Below the pieces are notes generated by a model. It worked only from the letters and a program-made list of their open reading frames with translations, made no database searches and was not told the origin of the DNA. This document shows, in pieces, positions 1-11,699 of a DNA stretch of 64,000 nucleotides (position 1 is the stretch's first letter; each line of letters starts with the position of its first letter). The stretch comes from Podospora anserina (taxonomy: Eukaryota). The stretch is from positions 3,286,001-3,350,000 of the forward strand of contig CM030336.1 in NCBI GenBank assembly GCA_017654855.1. Direction: 5' to 3'. Position numbers and translations under genes: made by a program.

Positions 1-747
1 AATCACCCTCGCCACATCCCTCACATCCACATACGAGGGAAACGCCCCAGGTAACCCCGACTTAGCCAGCTCAGTGCCAGAGTAAACATCACTGATCAGC
101 TTTGTCGTCCCGTGAATCTTGTCCCTTGACTCCGGCACAACAACGGGTGGGCCAGCGACATAGACGGGGTTGACAGCCGCGATTTTGAAGGCTGGTTTGT
201 GCTCATCTCTAAACTTCCAGAGGGCCTTTTCAGCGGCGGTCTTGCTGGCAAAGTAGAGGATATACCCTGGAACTTCGTTGCCCAGCTCCCGGACAAGCCT
301 CTCTGAGGACTCATTCCAGTTTGACTCGTCGTAGTGGGCGTTGGCGGACTCGGTGTCGATGATGGCAGCGACCGAACTCATGAGGGTGAAGGATTTGACG
401 GTGGGTTCGGTGAGGGCTGACTCGAGGACTCTCTGAGTTCCCTCGACGGCGGCCTTGAGGACGGGTCCGGGGGCGGTGGAGGTGAGGAAGATGGGAGAGG
501 CGAGGTGGGCGACGGTGGTGACGCCTTTGATGGCTTGGTCGAATGCTCCGGGGATGGTGATGTCGGGGACTTCGACGATCTCGAGGTTGGCAACTAGTTC
601 GGCCGGGATGGCGGAGAGGAGGGGCTTGGTGGAGTGGAGGGAGCGGGCCGTGCCGCGGACACGGTAGCCGGCTTGGAGAAAGGTGAGGGCGGTGCGGGCG
701 GCGATGAAGCCGTTTATGCCGGTGATGAGGGCGAGGCCTTTGGACAT
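1..747 (-). CDS. NAD(P)-dependent epimerase/dehydratase-family (extended SDR, Gre2/aldehyde reductase II-like) ketoreductase; 3' end runs off the window
   Basis: Manual translation from ATG 747: MSKGLALITGINGFIAARTALTFLQAGYRVRGTARS...HLASP...LMSSVAAI...YFASKTAAERALW...VNPVYVAGP...YVDVRDVA. Contains the TGxxGxIA Rossmann motif and YxxxK. Absent from the ORF track because there is no stop inside the window. Confidence 0.9.
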   Translation of the reverse strand, partial: MSKGLALITGINGFIAARTALTFLQAGYRVRGTARSLHSTKPLLSAIPAELVANLEIVEVPDITIPGAFDQAIKGVTTVAHLASPIFLTSTAPGPVLKAAVEGTQRVLESALTEPTVKSFTLMSSVAAIIDTESANAHYDESNWNESSERLVRELGNEVPGYILYFASKTAAEKALWKFRDEHKPAFKIAAVNPVYVAGPPVVVPESRDKIHGTTKLISDVYSGTELAKSGLPGAFPSYVDVRDVARVI

Positions 748-1501
748 GGTGGTCTTGTTGGCGGGAATAGATGGACAGCTGGTTGATGATGACGATGTGG
801 GCAGGATCATGGATATGAGCTTTGTTGTGCCTCAAGATAAACTGACTCTGAAAGTAGAAGATTCTCAATATTTAAGTCGCGGTCTCTGGTCTGAAAGATC
901 CACAGTCCGCTTTGGCCAGGCGAGAAAATTAGTTTGTTGGGGCACGATGCCATTAATACCTAAGGTGGTCCCCATTGAAGGATTCTAGTGTCCAAAGGAA
1001 GTTCCAAATCGTCAAGCATTTCAAAGCAATGTCCTTGACAAATCTCATGGTTCGGCATTCGAACGCACCTCCCTTCCGAATGAATCTCGGCTGAGAGTTC
1101 ATCGTGCCAAGTAGCCCTGAGGTGGTGAGGCTCGTTCCGGGATATGCAGGCCGGGATTCGCTGCCCGTCGGTGTTGGGTGCAGTGATTAGTGAACAAAGA
1201 ACGGGAGGAGCTGTTGAGTAATCCTGCAGCTCTTAATAAGCAACCGCATTCTCCGCCATTATGCCTCGGGTGATAGTGGGGCTCTTGGTACCTTATCACC
1301 ATTGGATTGTAGAATGCCTTGATTTATTATGGTAGATGAGGATGTACTTAGAATTTGTCTACCTTAGTCTGCGAGAACTGCAAAGTGATGACTCGTCTTC
1401 ATGCATTAACCACTTTGCTGCCGAAATTCAAAGCTAACCAACTGGCTCTGACATCACATACACCATTTCTGCCCACCAGGTTTCCAAAGCCAAGTTGAAA
1501 T

Positions 1502-2768
1502 TCACCCATCATCCGCCGCCCAACCCCATATATCCCTCAACCAAGGTTTCCAAAACCCCTCCACGCTCTCTTCAAACCTCCACCCATCCCACGTCCCATT
1601 CAACAGCCCCTAGGTTTCCTCATCCTGCTGCCTCCCCTCCCGGATCCAATACCTCCCCGCCAAGCTCCACATCGTCCAGCTGACCCCATACCTCTTTGTA
1701 AAACTCCTTCAAACAACCCAACAGCACGTCGCTCATCAACCCCCCATCCTGCCTTCTCCCAAACTCACTCAAAATAACAGGCGTCAACCTCTGCGCCGGC
1801 GCGCACCGCTCCTCCTCCACGCCTGCCGTCATCAAACTCCTTTTACTTGTTAGCGCAGACAAATCCTGCCCGTACTGCATTCCCCCCCAAGAATCAACAA
1901 ATCCTCATTCGCAGCATGAATTACCCCAGCAGCAGCAGCAGTCATTTTCCCCACGAAGTTCACCCAGTTGTAACCTGAACCCCCCCTAGCCATCCCCCAC
2001 GACTCCCGCAGTTCATTCCGCAAAGACATGCTAACGATATTAGTGTGATCCCCCGCCCATCGGGCTACGTAACCCAGCCCTCGCGTCCAGTTCTCAATAT
2101 CAAAGTGCTCGTCCCCAAACCAGGCATTCCCGTCGGTCTGGGAGCAGCACCACCCCGCCTTTGAGACGTGCGCGTCGGGGTGGATGTACAGATTCTTTCG
2201 GGCGGCGACGCGGACAATGTCAGACCAGATCTTGAACAGTGTCGTGTTACGCGTCCAGATGGGATTATGGAGGAGAATCTGGGAGGTGATGAGGGCGCCG
2301 TTGTCTGGGTCGAGGGCAGAGATGAGAGTCTGGGGGAAGGGGGTGTCGGTAGAAGAGGTCGATCATTTCGATTGTGTAGGGCCTGTGACACCGTGACACA
2401 GTCAGTGATGGGAAGAATGCCAATGGGTCGGGGGAGAGGAGGGGGGGAAAAACAACATTCGAATAAAGTTGAAGCCTGCGGAGGCGATGCGGTCGAGGAT
2501 GGAATCGGCAGAGGTGTATTCCAGGCCTTCGGGGATCATGGTCTCTCGGCTGAGGGGCCAGTTGACGCCCGCCCATGTGATTACTTCGCCTCCGAGAGTT
2601 GACGATATCGCGACCTCGGGTGGAAAAGGGGCCGCAGGGCCAGGTGGAGGAGATGTTTTGCTGACGAGGGAGGATCATGTCGAGAGGATTGTCGCTCGCG
2701 GTAACGGTTATTGCGGCGAAGGCCAGGATCCAGAATAGAAGGTACGCCATGGTGTAGAATAGATGCAT
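1502..2768 (-). pseudogene. Secreted glycoside hydrolase family 5 pseudogene (GH5_16 endo-beta-1,6-galactanase-like)
   Basis: Signal peptide, then across frames WAGVNWPLSRETMIPEGLEY, GFNFIRM, HVSKAGWCCSQTDGNAWFGDEHFD, MSLRNELRES (acid/base Glu), VILSEFG (nucleophile Glu), WTMWSLAGRYWIREG. Frameshifts near 2592 and in the G7 run at 1882-1888. In-frame TAG at 1610-1612 where Trp is expected. Confidence 0.8.
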
Positions 2769-3630
2769 TGCTATGCGTGTCGGCATAGGATGCGTAGTCC
2801 CTGGTCAAAAATTGGAGGTCAAGTCAGGTTAACATTCCCGTCAATACCAATTCCTCCCCTCGACCGCTCCTTGGCTGTCTGTAACCCCCTCCTTTCTTGT
2901 AATAATGTTGGGCAACCAATCCTGTATAGTAATGTTAGTCTCGGCATGAGTTGTTGTGCAAAGTTGCAATTTGTGGGGATGAATAGAATTACCCGAGTGG
3001 TCATCCTTTGCATCCATGTTCGGCATTGGTGTCGCTCCCAGCCTGGGATACATAGGAGTCTGTCGCTGGCTACTCCGTCCTTCAAGGACGTACGTCTATG
3101 TACTGCCGTTACTTGGTCTGACGTTGCAGTGGCCTATGAGCAAGGTAGAACAACTGTAAGCACTACATACCCGACAACCGCGTTGGGGGCTCCGTTGAGA
3201 TTCATCGACAGAACCGATGTTATGCGGTCCAATATAATGAACATTCATCCAGTAACCTCAACAACAGTCTCCCGCTCAGCTATTCAACACCATGTCAGCC
3301 ATCCCGGACCGAAGAGCTCATAGATCTGCTCGGCACCCGTTCCAAGATCCGAAAGCGAGGTCGCATTTGGATGATCCACCTGGATGACCTTGCCAAGTCC
3401 AACGGCTCCAAACCAACCAACACCCCTGAATGTTGCAATTTCCCATGCAAAAGTCCATTAAAAAGAACCTACAAAAACAGTTGCCACCCCCATCGCGTAT
3501 CACAGCCTCCACGTTCCCTTTCCACCAGCAGGCAGCCATCGTGCATTTCACTCTTTTACTTCCCACATCCGCACTTTGCCTCTCACGATCCAAAATACCG
3601 TGGCCCAACGCCAAAAGAAAACATCACAAA

Positions 3631-4398
3631 ATGTTCACCTACACGCTCGTCTCAGCCCTCATCGGCGGCGCATCCCTCGCCCTCGCCTCCCCAGCTCCCG
3701 TCATAACCCCAGCACCAATCTACGAGCGCCAGAGCGAAAGCGCTCTCGAACTCAAGTGCCAGGCCCATTATGAGTCCATGATGGCAAGAGCCCCCGATCT
3801 CCCACGTGAACACCCAATCATCCAATGGATGAACCAGCCCGAGAACCTCAAGCTATTCACCGACTACACCGACATCAAAGCAATGTGCGCCGCCAGATGG
3901 GGCAAAAGCACTCTGGAACCGCCCTCTTCTCTCGCGTCCCAGTGGACCAGCTACATGTCCGAGGCTCAAATGTTTGCCATCTCCATGAAGGGCCCTGCGC
4001 ACGAGCTGTCCGCCATGGGCTGCCCTTCCGTCATCGCCGCCGCTGGAGGACTGCTGGCCATTACTGAGGAGGTCTCGTGCAGCAGAGCGTACAAGGCGTA
4101 TATGGATGCCGTGCCGTACCTTACCGCTACTGATGGTGACGATTTTGCTACCACCGGCCCGACTCGGACAAACGTTCTTGCGCCTTCAACCACGGCGCCC
4201 GGGTCAAGTGAGGAGACAGATGTCAGCGGGAATGACAGCGAGGATGAGGGCGCTGATGGGAACGGAAATGGTGGTAGTGAGGAGGGGAGCACCGAGACGA
4301 CCAGCACATCCACTGCTGGTGGCCCAAGGGAGACTGGACATGTGGCTGTTGCTGCCGCCGCCGCTCTCGCCGTTGTCGGTGCCATGGCTGCGCTGTAA
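3631..4398 (+). CDS. Secreted, probably GPI-anchored 4-Cys surface protein, paralogue 1
   Basis: MFTYTLVSALIGGASLALA signal peptide, four Cys, S/T/G/E-rich stalk, and C-terminal STAGGPRETGHVAVAAAAALAVVGAMAAL (omega-site region plus hydrophobic tail). Confidence 0.8.
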   Translation: MFTYTLVSALIGGASLALASPAPVITPAPIYERQSESALELKCQAHYESMMARAPDLPREHPIIQWMNQPENLKLFTDYTDIKAMCAARWGKSTLEPPSSLASQWTSYMSEAQMFAISMKGPAHELSAMGCPSVIAAAGGLLAITEEVSCSRAYKAYMDAVPYLTATDGDDFATTGPTRTNVLAPSTTAPGSSEETDVSGNDSEDEGADGNGNGGSEEGSTETTSTSTAGGPRETGHVAVAAAAALAVVGAMAAL

Positions 4399-4975
4399 AG
4401 AGGATTGGTGATAACACCGGGTAGCTAAATGATAATGTGTATCAAGTTCAACGTCAGCATTCCAAGCCGCAAACCAAACCCGTTGCAGACCTATGTTCGG
4501 GATCGACTCCCGAATGCGAGTGCCCCCGACCTACCAGAATCATCGCCAAGCCTGAACCAATAACACCTTCCCAATGCTTCTTAAGCCCGAGTGTGCACCG
4601 CCACCATCGATGACATCGTTAGTGAGCTCCCCTCTCACATATCTAACATCCACATCTGACGCCAGCTCTCTCCAAGCTTTGTGAGGCTTCAACAAGCCCA
4701 CCCAAGACGAACTGCGTACACGGGCAGAAAGAACTCCCTTAGCACACGTGATACCTTTACAGTTTGCTGTGGCTGGCCGCGAACCACGAAGTTTGTGGAG
4801 GCTCATTAGTGGATTCCAACCTCAAGATACGTTATTGGCTTTTCCCACAGATCAATTCCTCGAGTATAAGAACGTCTATTTCGTTGTATTCCTTTTTCCC
4901 ATTTCCTTTCTTCTGCATGAGCAAAGCTCAAACACACCTGGATCACACCAAAGACACCCCAAAACAACAGAAAAC

Positions 4976-5680
4976 ATGCTCGCCTACACGCTCGTCTCCG
5001 CCCTCGCCAACCCGGCCCAAGCCCCAGCCATCACCGCGGCACCCATCTTCAACCGCCGCCAGAGCGAGAGCGCTCTCAAGTTGGAATGCCACGCTCAGCT
5101 TGCCTCCATACAGGCGCGAAAGCCAGAGCCCAGCGATAAACTTGAGGACTGGATGGCTACCGCGAACGAAGCCAAAAACGGCAACAGCTTGGGCGACGTG
5201 CTCAACATCTGCTACACCATTTATGGCAAAGAGATGCCGGATCCCCCTTCGTCCCTTCAGTCCGAGTGGTCCACCTATCGTTCGGCCCAGGCCAGTTACG
5301 CCAGTTCCATCGGGCCTGCTGTATCCAGCCTCAAGGCCAAATGCTCCAAAGACATGGCTTTTGACTTCTTGTTCGTTGCTATGAGCGACATGGACTCGTG
5401 CCACACGGCATTTGCTGCCATGTCGCTCCCCGATTCCGAGCTCCTCACCACCTCCCCAAGCCCATCTCGCACCGTCATTGTCGCGCCCACCACCACCATC
5501 GGCCCAAGCGAGGAGGCAGGTGCCGGCGGGAAGGATACCGAGTCGAAGGAGGGAAGCGCCCAGTCTACCGACACGTCTACTGCTGCTGGTGCCAGAGAGA
5601 CAGGATACGTCGCTGTCGCTGTCGCTGCCGCTGCCGCTGCCGCGGTTGCCGCTATTGCCGGTGGCATGGTTGTGGTATAA
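4976..5680 (+). CDS. GPI-anchored 4-Cys surface protein, tandem paralogue 2, with shortened signal peptide
   Basis: Aligns with paralogue 1 (ITAAPIFNRRQSESALKLECHA vs ITPAPIYERQSESALELKCQA; PPSSLQSEWSTY vs PPSSLASQWTSY; STAAGARETG vs STAGGPRETG). Same four Cys. Confidence 0.75.
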   Translation: MLAYTLVSALANPAQAPAITAAPIFNRRQSESALKLECHAQLASIQARKPEPSDKLEDWMATANEAKNGNSLGDVLNICYTIYGKEMPDPPSSLQSEWSTYRSAQASYASSIGPAVSSLKAKCSKDMAFDFLFVAMSDMDSCHTAFAAMSLPDSELLTTSPSPSRTVIVAPTTTIGPSEEAGAGGKDTESKEGSAQSTDTSTAAGARETGYVAVAVAAAAAAAVAAIAGGMVVV

Positions 5681-5861
5681 AAAAGGGGATTGAACTTGGG
5701 TGGTGGATGACGTTGAAGACAGCCATTAACCAAATAAATGCCACAAAATAATGCATGATTTGACAACAGGCCGCGACCCGACGGTGATGCCGCCTTTCAA
5801 CTGCCGAGCAAGATGAATGTTCGAAACTCGAATTTCCAAGCCAGGCTTACAAAAATTCAAG

Positions 5862-7794
5862 CAGGGTGGGCAAGAAGCCAAGTCAAGTCAAGCTTGGGGT
5901 CTGACTTGGCTTGACTTGGTCCGGCTTGCCGTTTATTTTACCTACACCTATACCAAGAGAATATACGGTAGCGTGTGACTTGCCCCACAAAACAACAGGC
6001 CAATATGTCAGCGATCAGCAGCCACATACGCAATATCAAAATCCACCGAATCCGAAGTCGCTTTGCTACCAATTTCTATGGCAGCGGTACCTCTCAATTC
6101 TCAAGGCAATGCGAACCCTCTCGCGCAACACCACGGCCATCGACCACACCCACCACCACCACGATGGAAATTAAATGCTCTTATCAACCACAACGATATT
6201 CACACGTCACCCACAGCCGAGCGCTTCTACCGGCTTCAATTGGCAAGGCAACAACGGCCACACTAACACCTGAACGCTCACAAGGCCCCAGAGCTCCCGC
6301 GTGAGCACGGTGTAGCCATATATATCCCTAACCCTCTTCAATTCTCACTGACTAACTGACTGGCCACAGATTCGAATACGTGCCGTGCGCGAAGACGCCC
6401 ATATGTCCTACGCGGCTATACGCGAAGCCACTGGCGCGTCGGATAAACAGATTCAATATGCTCTCACTACACCGTTGACCCCGCGAACCAACCGTCGTGG
6501 CCGGAAGCCCTCGCGGTTTACCGACGAAGAGAAGGACCGTATTGCTCGCCCTCTCAATGACGACCCGCTCGCAAGCTTAGTTGGCTAGATTTAAAGCTGT
6601 ATTTAGAAGGATCTGAACACTGGAAGGATGTGGTCTTCATCACAGCCATGAGAGCAGCCGGCTATAGTCGTCAGGTCCCACCGCGGAGGATCAAGCTCAC
6701 CGCCCAATACCGGGCCGAACGGCTGGCCTTTGTCCGCGAGCAATTGGCACTTCGGCCTCGCCCGGAAGACTGGGAGCACGTGGCCTTTAGTGACGAGGCC
6801 TGGGCTACTAATGACCCGATGTAAAAAAGGTGGCTTACTTTACACGATTTGAAGGTATCAAGGCCTGGGCTACTATACGGCAAAAGCCTTACGGTTGGAT
6901 GTTTTGGGGTATAATATGTGGGTGTGAAAAGACAGCCTCTTTTGTGTGGGAAAAGGAATATGGTGGGATTAATAGCGAGAAGTATTGGAGGTATATTTTC
7001 TCTATTATCTACGGTTTTATTATGGAGAAAAAGGTATAGGGTACTTCTGTGGTTTTTTAACAGGATGATGCCTCTCCTCACTCTTCTATGGCAACCAGGG
7101 CTACATCAGAAGGCTAGGTATTGAACTATGACTTGGCCGGCAAAAAACCCTGATTTGAACCCTGTTGAAAATGTGTGGTTTTGGATGAAAGATTGGATCG
7201 AAATGCGGTAAAATATCTAAAGCCTTAGCCCCAGGGCCTTACGTAGGGCAATTATAGAAACCTGGGAGGCAGTGCCTTCTGAATGGATTCGTTCACTTGT
7301 TTATAGTAAGCCCCGGAGGCTTCAAAGGGTGATTGAGGCAAATGGGGCACTCATTCGCTGTTAGTATAGGTACTTGAAATTGTATGGGAAATTCGCCTGT
7401 TTGGTAGTACTGTGACTTGGAAAAGAATAGATTAAATGTCTGCATTATTTTCCCTATCAGGTTAGTAAGTACCACGCTACCATTTAAAAGCTTGGGACAG
7501 GTGTAGAAGCCACAACTTGGCTTACTTGTAAGCCGCACTTGATAAGCCGCTAAGCCCCCGGCCGGAGCCCGGAAGGGTGTTTTTCCGACCAGTCTTCCGG
7601 CCCGGTCAAGGACTCCCGGTCTTCCGGGACACCCTCCCGGCCAGAATCCCGGCCTTGGCAGCTTGGTCAAGCCCTCAAGCCAAGCCGGTGGGAGGGCTTG
7701 ACTTGGCTTGGTCAAAAATAAGCCTTACTTGACTTACTTATTTGACTTGGCTTGCATGTCAAGTAAGTAATTACTTGGCTTATTGCCCACCCTG
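5862..7794. mobile_element. Non-autonomous hAT-like element/MITE (~415 bp excluding a nested Tc1 insertion)
   Basis: TIRs CAGGGTGGGCAA(G/T)AAGCCAAGT starting at 5862 and ending at 7794. Flanked by near-identical 8-mers AATTCAAG / TATTCAAG. Many subterminal AAGCCAAG/AAGTCAAG repeats in both orientations. Confidence 0.7.
5966..7482 (+). mobile_element. Degenerate Tc1/mariner (Tc1-type DDE) transposon with transposase pseudogene
   Basis: HTH-like MSYAAIREATGASDKQIQYAL, WEHVAFSDEAW, WMFWGII, QDDASPH, TWPAKNPDLNPVENVW, broken by stops and frameshifts. Imperfect TIR CGGTAGCGTG(TG/GT)ACTT after TA at 5964-5965, mirrored at ~7467-7482. Confidence 0.8.
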
Positions 7795-7799
7795 TATTC

Positions 7800-9360
7800 A
7801 AGACTAATGATGGACGTAGCGGATGTTCTAGCTGACAAAACAGGCCCTGGTAGCCAAGATCTGGCGCCAGTGGCCGAACGGCAACATGAAGAACTTGACA
7901 GTGACGAAAAGGATATTGCTGTTGTGTAGTCAGTTTCCCCGCCCACGAAAAGCTCAGAGGAACAATCCAGACCTCGAAGACTTCAAACTGGTAAAGTTGC
8001 CGCGCCACCATGGCATCACCGTGAAGTTGGACATATGCGGACCGCAAGTCCTCGGAAACAGGTGACCGGACAGTTATCAAGATTGCCGTGAACGTGACCG
8101 TAGCCTCTTTTCCGTCCGACGATAGTTGCCAGGTCACGGACAAGAGAATCAAAGCTGCTTCGTGTTCTGTCTAGCTGAAATTCTGGCCATGGCTTTGATT
8201 AGAGATTGAGCACTACCAGAAGCCTGTGGTCTCTGATGGGTGAAACATGATTCAGGAGCTCGCTAGTGGTACAAACCACCCTAGGGTCCCAATTCTGCCT
8301 GCTACTTCTTTATGTTTTAGTCGGCTGCTTAATCGATGGTTTTGTCGGGCGGGTATGGAGTATACGTGATGGGGGTTTGGGCAAGTAGGTGACTGTATGT
8401 CGGCTGAAATATAGTTGGGCTACGCCATGAGAATTTGAGAGGGGAGGTTGGGTAGGGCTCAGGCACGCTGTAGAAGGCTGATGAATGATGTCTGTCTTAG
8501 GTAGCGGAGGATGGGGTTTAAGACGATAAGAAGCTGCAATGCTCGGCCATTAGGAATCGGGCCGGTTTTAGTAGCCCTTTGGGAGGCTTCCTGAGAAGAA
8601 GTTTGTGTAGACTTTAGACGATTGGAGCGGGAGCGGGAGCCAGATCAAATAGAGACCGCCGAAGATGGATGCCAAGGTTCGAGCCATTGAACCGACATAG
8701 TGTCATGGTCGGTTTCAGTGAGGGCACTCAACTCTTCCAAGTATCTCTGTAACACAAAGTCAGTTGGACTCAGGCAGTCAGCTGGAAGCCGGGCCTGTAG
8801 CTTCGCTATCTCCTCCAGAATGAGAGCAGTGTCTTCCTTGATGGCCGATGTGTCTTGGTGAATTTCTCTTGTCTCAATCATCGTCTCTCTAGCGAGGTGC
8901 CTTGACTCGGTAAGCATGTGTCAGTAGGGCTTGAACATGGTTATGCATACAGTGCTAGCATGTCGAGGCCTAAATCAAGTACCGATTTGTGGGCTTCGAT
9001 GCTCCTCCGTAGCTTTGACATGTCGTCTTGACTCGACAACGTCCACGAGACACTCCTGCCACGAGTATCAGATTTGTACTTTTCCAGAAAGTCTTCGATA
9101 TCTCCAACGACATGTTGACAGTTGGCAACGATGCCGCAGATGTGCCAGGTGAGGGCCTCGGGAAACTCGATATTCTCGTTTTCGTCGTCTTCAATATGAA
9201 GCGCGAGGACAAGTTTCGATGAGCTGAGTTCTCGAGATATGGCGTCCAGATCGGTCCGTGTTTGTCGGACCTATTTGACAAAAGAGTATATGGTCTTGGA
9301 GACATTGACAATTGTTGTGATCAAGGCGAGGCCGCCTCCGCCAATGGCAAGGGGGTCCAT
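7800..9360 (-). pseudogene. HeLo-like (fungal STAND N-terminal domain) gene, disrupted
   Basis: MDPLAIGGGGLALITTIVNVSKTIYSFVK*VRQTRTDLDAISRELSSSKLVL...IVANCQHVVGDIEDFLEKY...DMSKLRRSIEAHKSVLDLGLDML, intron 8901-8950 (GTATGC...CTGAC...AAG), then HLARETMIETREIHQDTSAIKEDTALILEEIAKLQARLP...FVLQRYLEEL. Premature TAG at 9271-9273 and TGA at 8645. The 3' extent below ~8600 is uncertain. Confidence 0.7.
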
Positions 9361-9811
9361 CGTTTCATGAGTAGAAAGACCATCTCGACGGGGAGTTAAT
9401 TGAGAGAGGTGTCGTGAGATGGCGGGGTCTGGCGAGCCTCATCGTCAATAGTCTTGTTGAACGCACCAATGGGAAGGTAGACGCGCGCCGTGGCGTTGAG
9501 TTGAACCAGATGCGTAAATATGGTAGACGTGCCAGTAGATGATCCAATCTAATGGCTGGACCAGAAAGGAAGTTGGTCGCGCGATGTGACTGTTGTGTAT
9601 GTGATAGTGGGCTAGCAGAAGTTGGCCGGGAACACTAACAGCGGGTCTTTTGTCATTGCATCATCGCTCACCTCGGTCGAGATGCCCCGCAATCGGCATC
9701 GTTGCCCAGGGCTGCTTGGCGCAGCAGGGACAGCCGCCAAAACTTTGGTGACTAACAAACACCTACCGCATCTCTGGAACAAACCATCGCAACCCCGTTC
9801 AGGTCCTCGAA

Positions 9812-10960
9812 ATGTCATCAGCACCGGCCAAAGACAATAGCAACCACCCGGCGGTCAAGGGGCCAAGTGCCCTTCGGTCCATCATTGCCGGCTCAACTGC
9901 GGGCGCTGTCGAAATTGGTATGTGATCTCTTCCGATGAAGTCAACTGCCGCTAACCCGGGCTTCCTTGTCTCCAGCCATTACCTACCCAGCCGAGTGTAT
10001 GTGAAACCCCCTACGACGACCGATTGATATCCTCGACGAGGCTCTAACACAATGCGACAGTCGCAAAGACCAGGACACAGCTCAACCGCAGGTTAGCAGA
10101 GGGCAAGAAGCTGCCATGGCCGCCTTTCGGTGCTCAGTGGTATGCCGGGTGCACCACGCTGATTATCGGCAACTCGGCTAAGGCGGGCATTCGTGTGTTC
10201 TACCTTGAGGAGGATTGAGGGGTGAAATAGGGCGCTGACAGATTGGGCGCATAGGATTCGTTGCCTTTGACCAGTACAAGAAGATGCTGGCTGACGCCGA
10301 CGGCAATGTCTCCGGTCCTCGGACCGTGATTGCGGGTTTCGGCGCCGGTGTGACCGAGTCTCTGCTCGCTGTCACACCGACAGAAAGTATCAAGACCACC
10401 CTGTGGGTTTTCTGTCCTGTGCCATATTCCTGCTACCCGTGCTAACCCCGGTCCCCAGCATCGATGACCGCAAGTCCGCCAAACCTCGCCTCCGCGGGTT
10501 CCTCCACGCCGTTCCAATCATTGCCCGCGAACGTGGTATCCGCGGTTTCTTCCAGGGTTTCGTGCCCACCACCGCCCGTCAAGCGGCGAATAGTGCTACT
10601 CGCTTCGGTTCCTACACTGCTTTGAAGCAGCTCGCCGAGAGCTACACAGCGCCGGGAGAGAAGCTCGGCGGTGTGGCTACCTTCGCCATGGGTGGTATCG
10701 CAGGGTTGATCACCGTCTATGTGACCCAGCCTCTTGATACCATCAAGACGCGTATGCAAAGTATCGAGGCCAAGCAACTCTACGGCAACTCGTTCCGGTG
10801 CGCGAGCATCATCTTCAAGCAAGAGGGCGTGTTGACTTTCTGGAGCGGCGCGCTGCCACGATTGGCGAGGTTGATTATGAGCGGTGGTATTGTGTTTACC
10901 ATGTACGAAAAGAGCATGGACCTGTTTAACAAGCTAGACCCAGAGGGCAGGTATCTATAA
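9812..10960 (+). CDS. CTP1: Mitochondrial tricarboxylate/citrate carrier (5 exons)
   Basis: MSSAPAK...SIIAGSTAGAVEIAITYPAEFAKTRTQL; carrier signatures PAEFAKTR, PTESIKTT, PLDTIKTRMQ; RQAANSATRF. Introns 9918-9975, 9997-10060, 10193-10254, 10403-10458. Confidence 0.93.
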
Positions 10961-11197
10961 ACAAGGGATTGGGGGAGGTTGTGTCTTTACAGGGCGTTCT
11001 GGATGGTTGTCTTGCTCTTTCTTATACCCCATTATGCATGGGTAGACAAAAAGGGGGGGGGGTTATGTACATTGGAATACAAAATATGGGATTATGACCG
11101 TGTATCCCTTTTCTTTTCCCCAGACTCCAAACGCCGCGTCATGCAGAAATATCATATGGTACAGTCGTGTACATGGATGGCCGTTACTATCGAGGCA

Positions 11198-11699
11198 TCA
11201 TTCCAGGCGGAACATACCCTGGACCCTCTTGGCGACCCTCTGGAAATAAGAACGTGTGGGTGCCTCATTGAGCTCTTTCAGGATGTCGCTGTAGTAGTTG
11301 GGGTTGAACTTGGGTTTGAGGAAGGATTCTGGAACACGATACTGAGAGCGTTCCTGGGTCAGCAACGAAGATTGCCTTGTAGGTAGCGCCGGTCTGCACC
11401 CACCTTGTTCTTGTAACGATTCTCGGTGAGGGAGAAGAGCGCATTGGTTTGCCTGAGGTCTGCCTGCTCTTGGCTCAATCCCTTGATCAGGGTTGGCGCA
11501 AGAGGACCTTTGGTGAGCCGCTTGGCAAGGGCATCTTGAAGCTGGCAGTCGGGACGGAGGGGATCTTTGGGCCAGCGCTGCAGGGCAGTCTGGAATAACC
11601 TGGCTGTGCTCTGGAGGGAGGTTAGTCTCTGTTGGAGATGATTTTGAATTAAATGGGCTACCAGAAGCAGCTACATACGTGCTTGGGAACAGCAGACAT
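11198..11699 (-). CDS. CBP6: Cytochrome b translation/assembly factor Cbp6 (UQCC2 family), 3 exons
   Basis: Spliced model: MSAVPKH | STARLFQTALQRWPKDPLRPDCQLQDALAKRL...NALFSLTENRYKNK | YRVPESFLKPKFNPNYYSDILKELNEAP. The WPxDxLRP and PxxNPxYY motifs are recognised from memory. Both introns have GT donor, CTRAC branch and AG acceptor. Confidence 0.8.

Noticed and set aside
311-868. 185-aa His/Arg/Pro-rich ORF
   Set aside because: Alternative frame of the SDR gene.
3430-4975. Upstream extensions of the two GPI-protein ORFs in the ORF track
   Set aside because: The homologous signal-peptide starts are at 3631 and 4976; the extensions are not conserved between paralogues.
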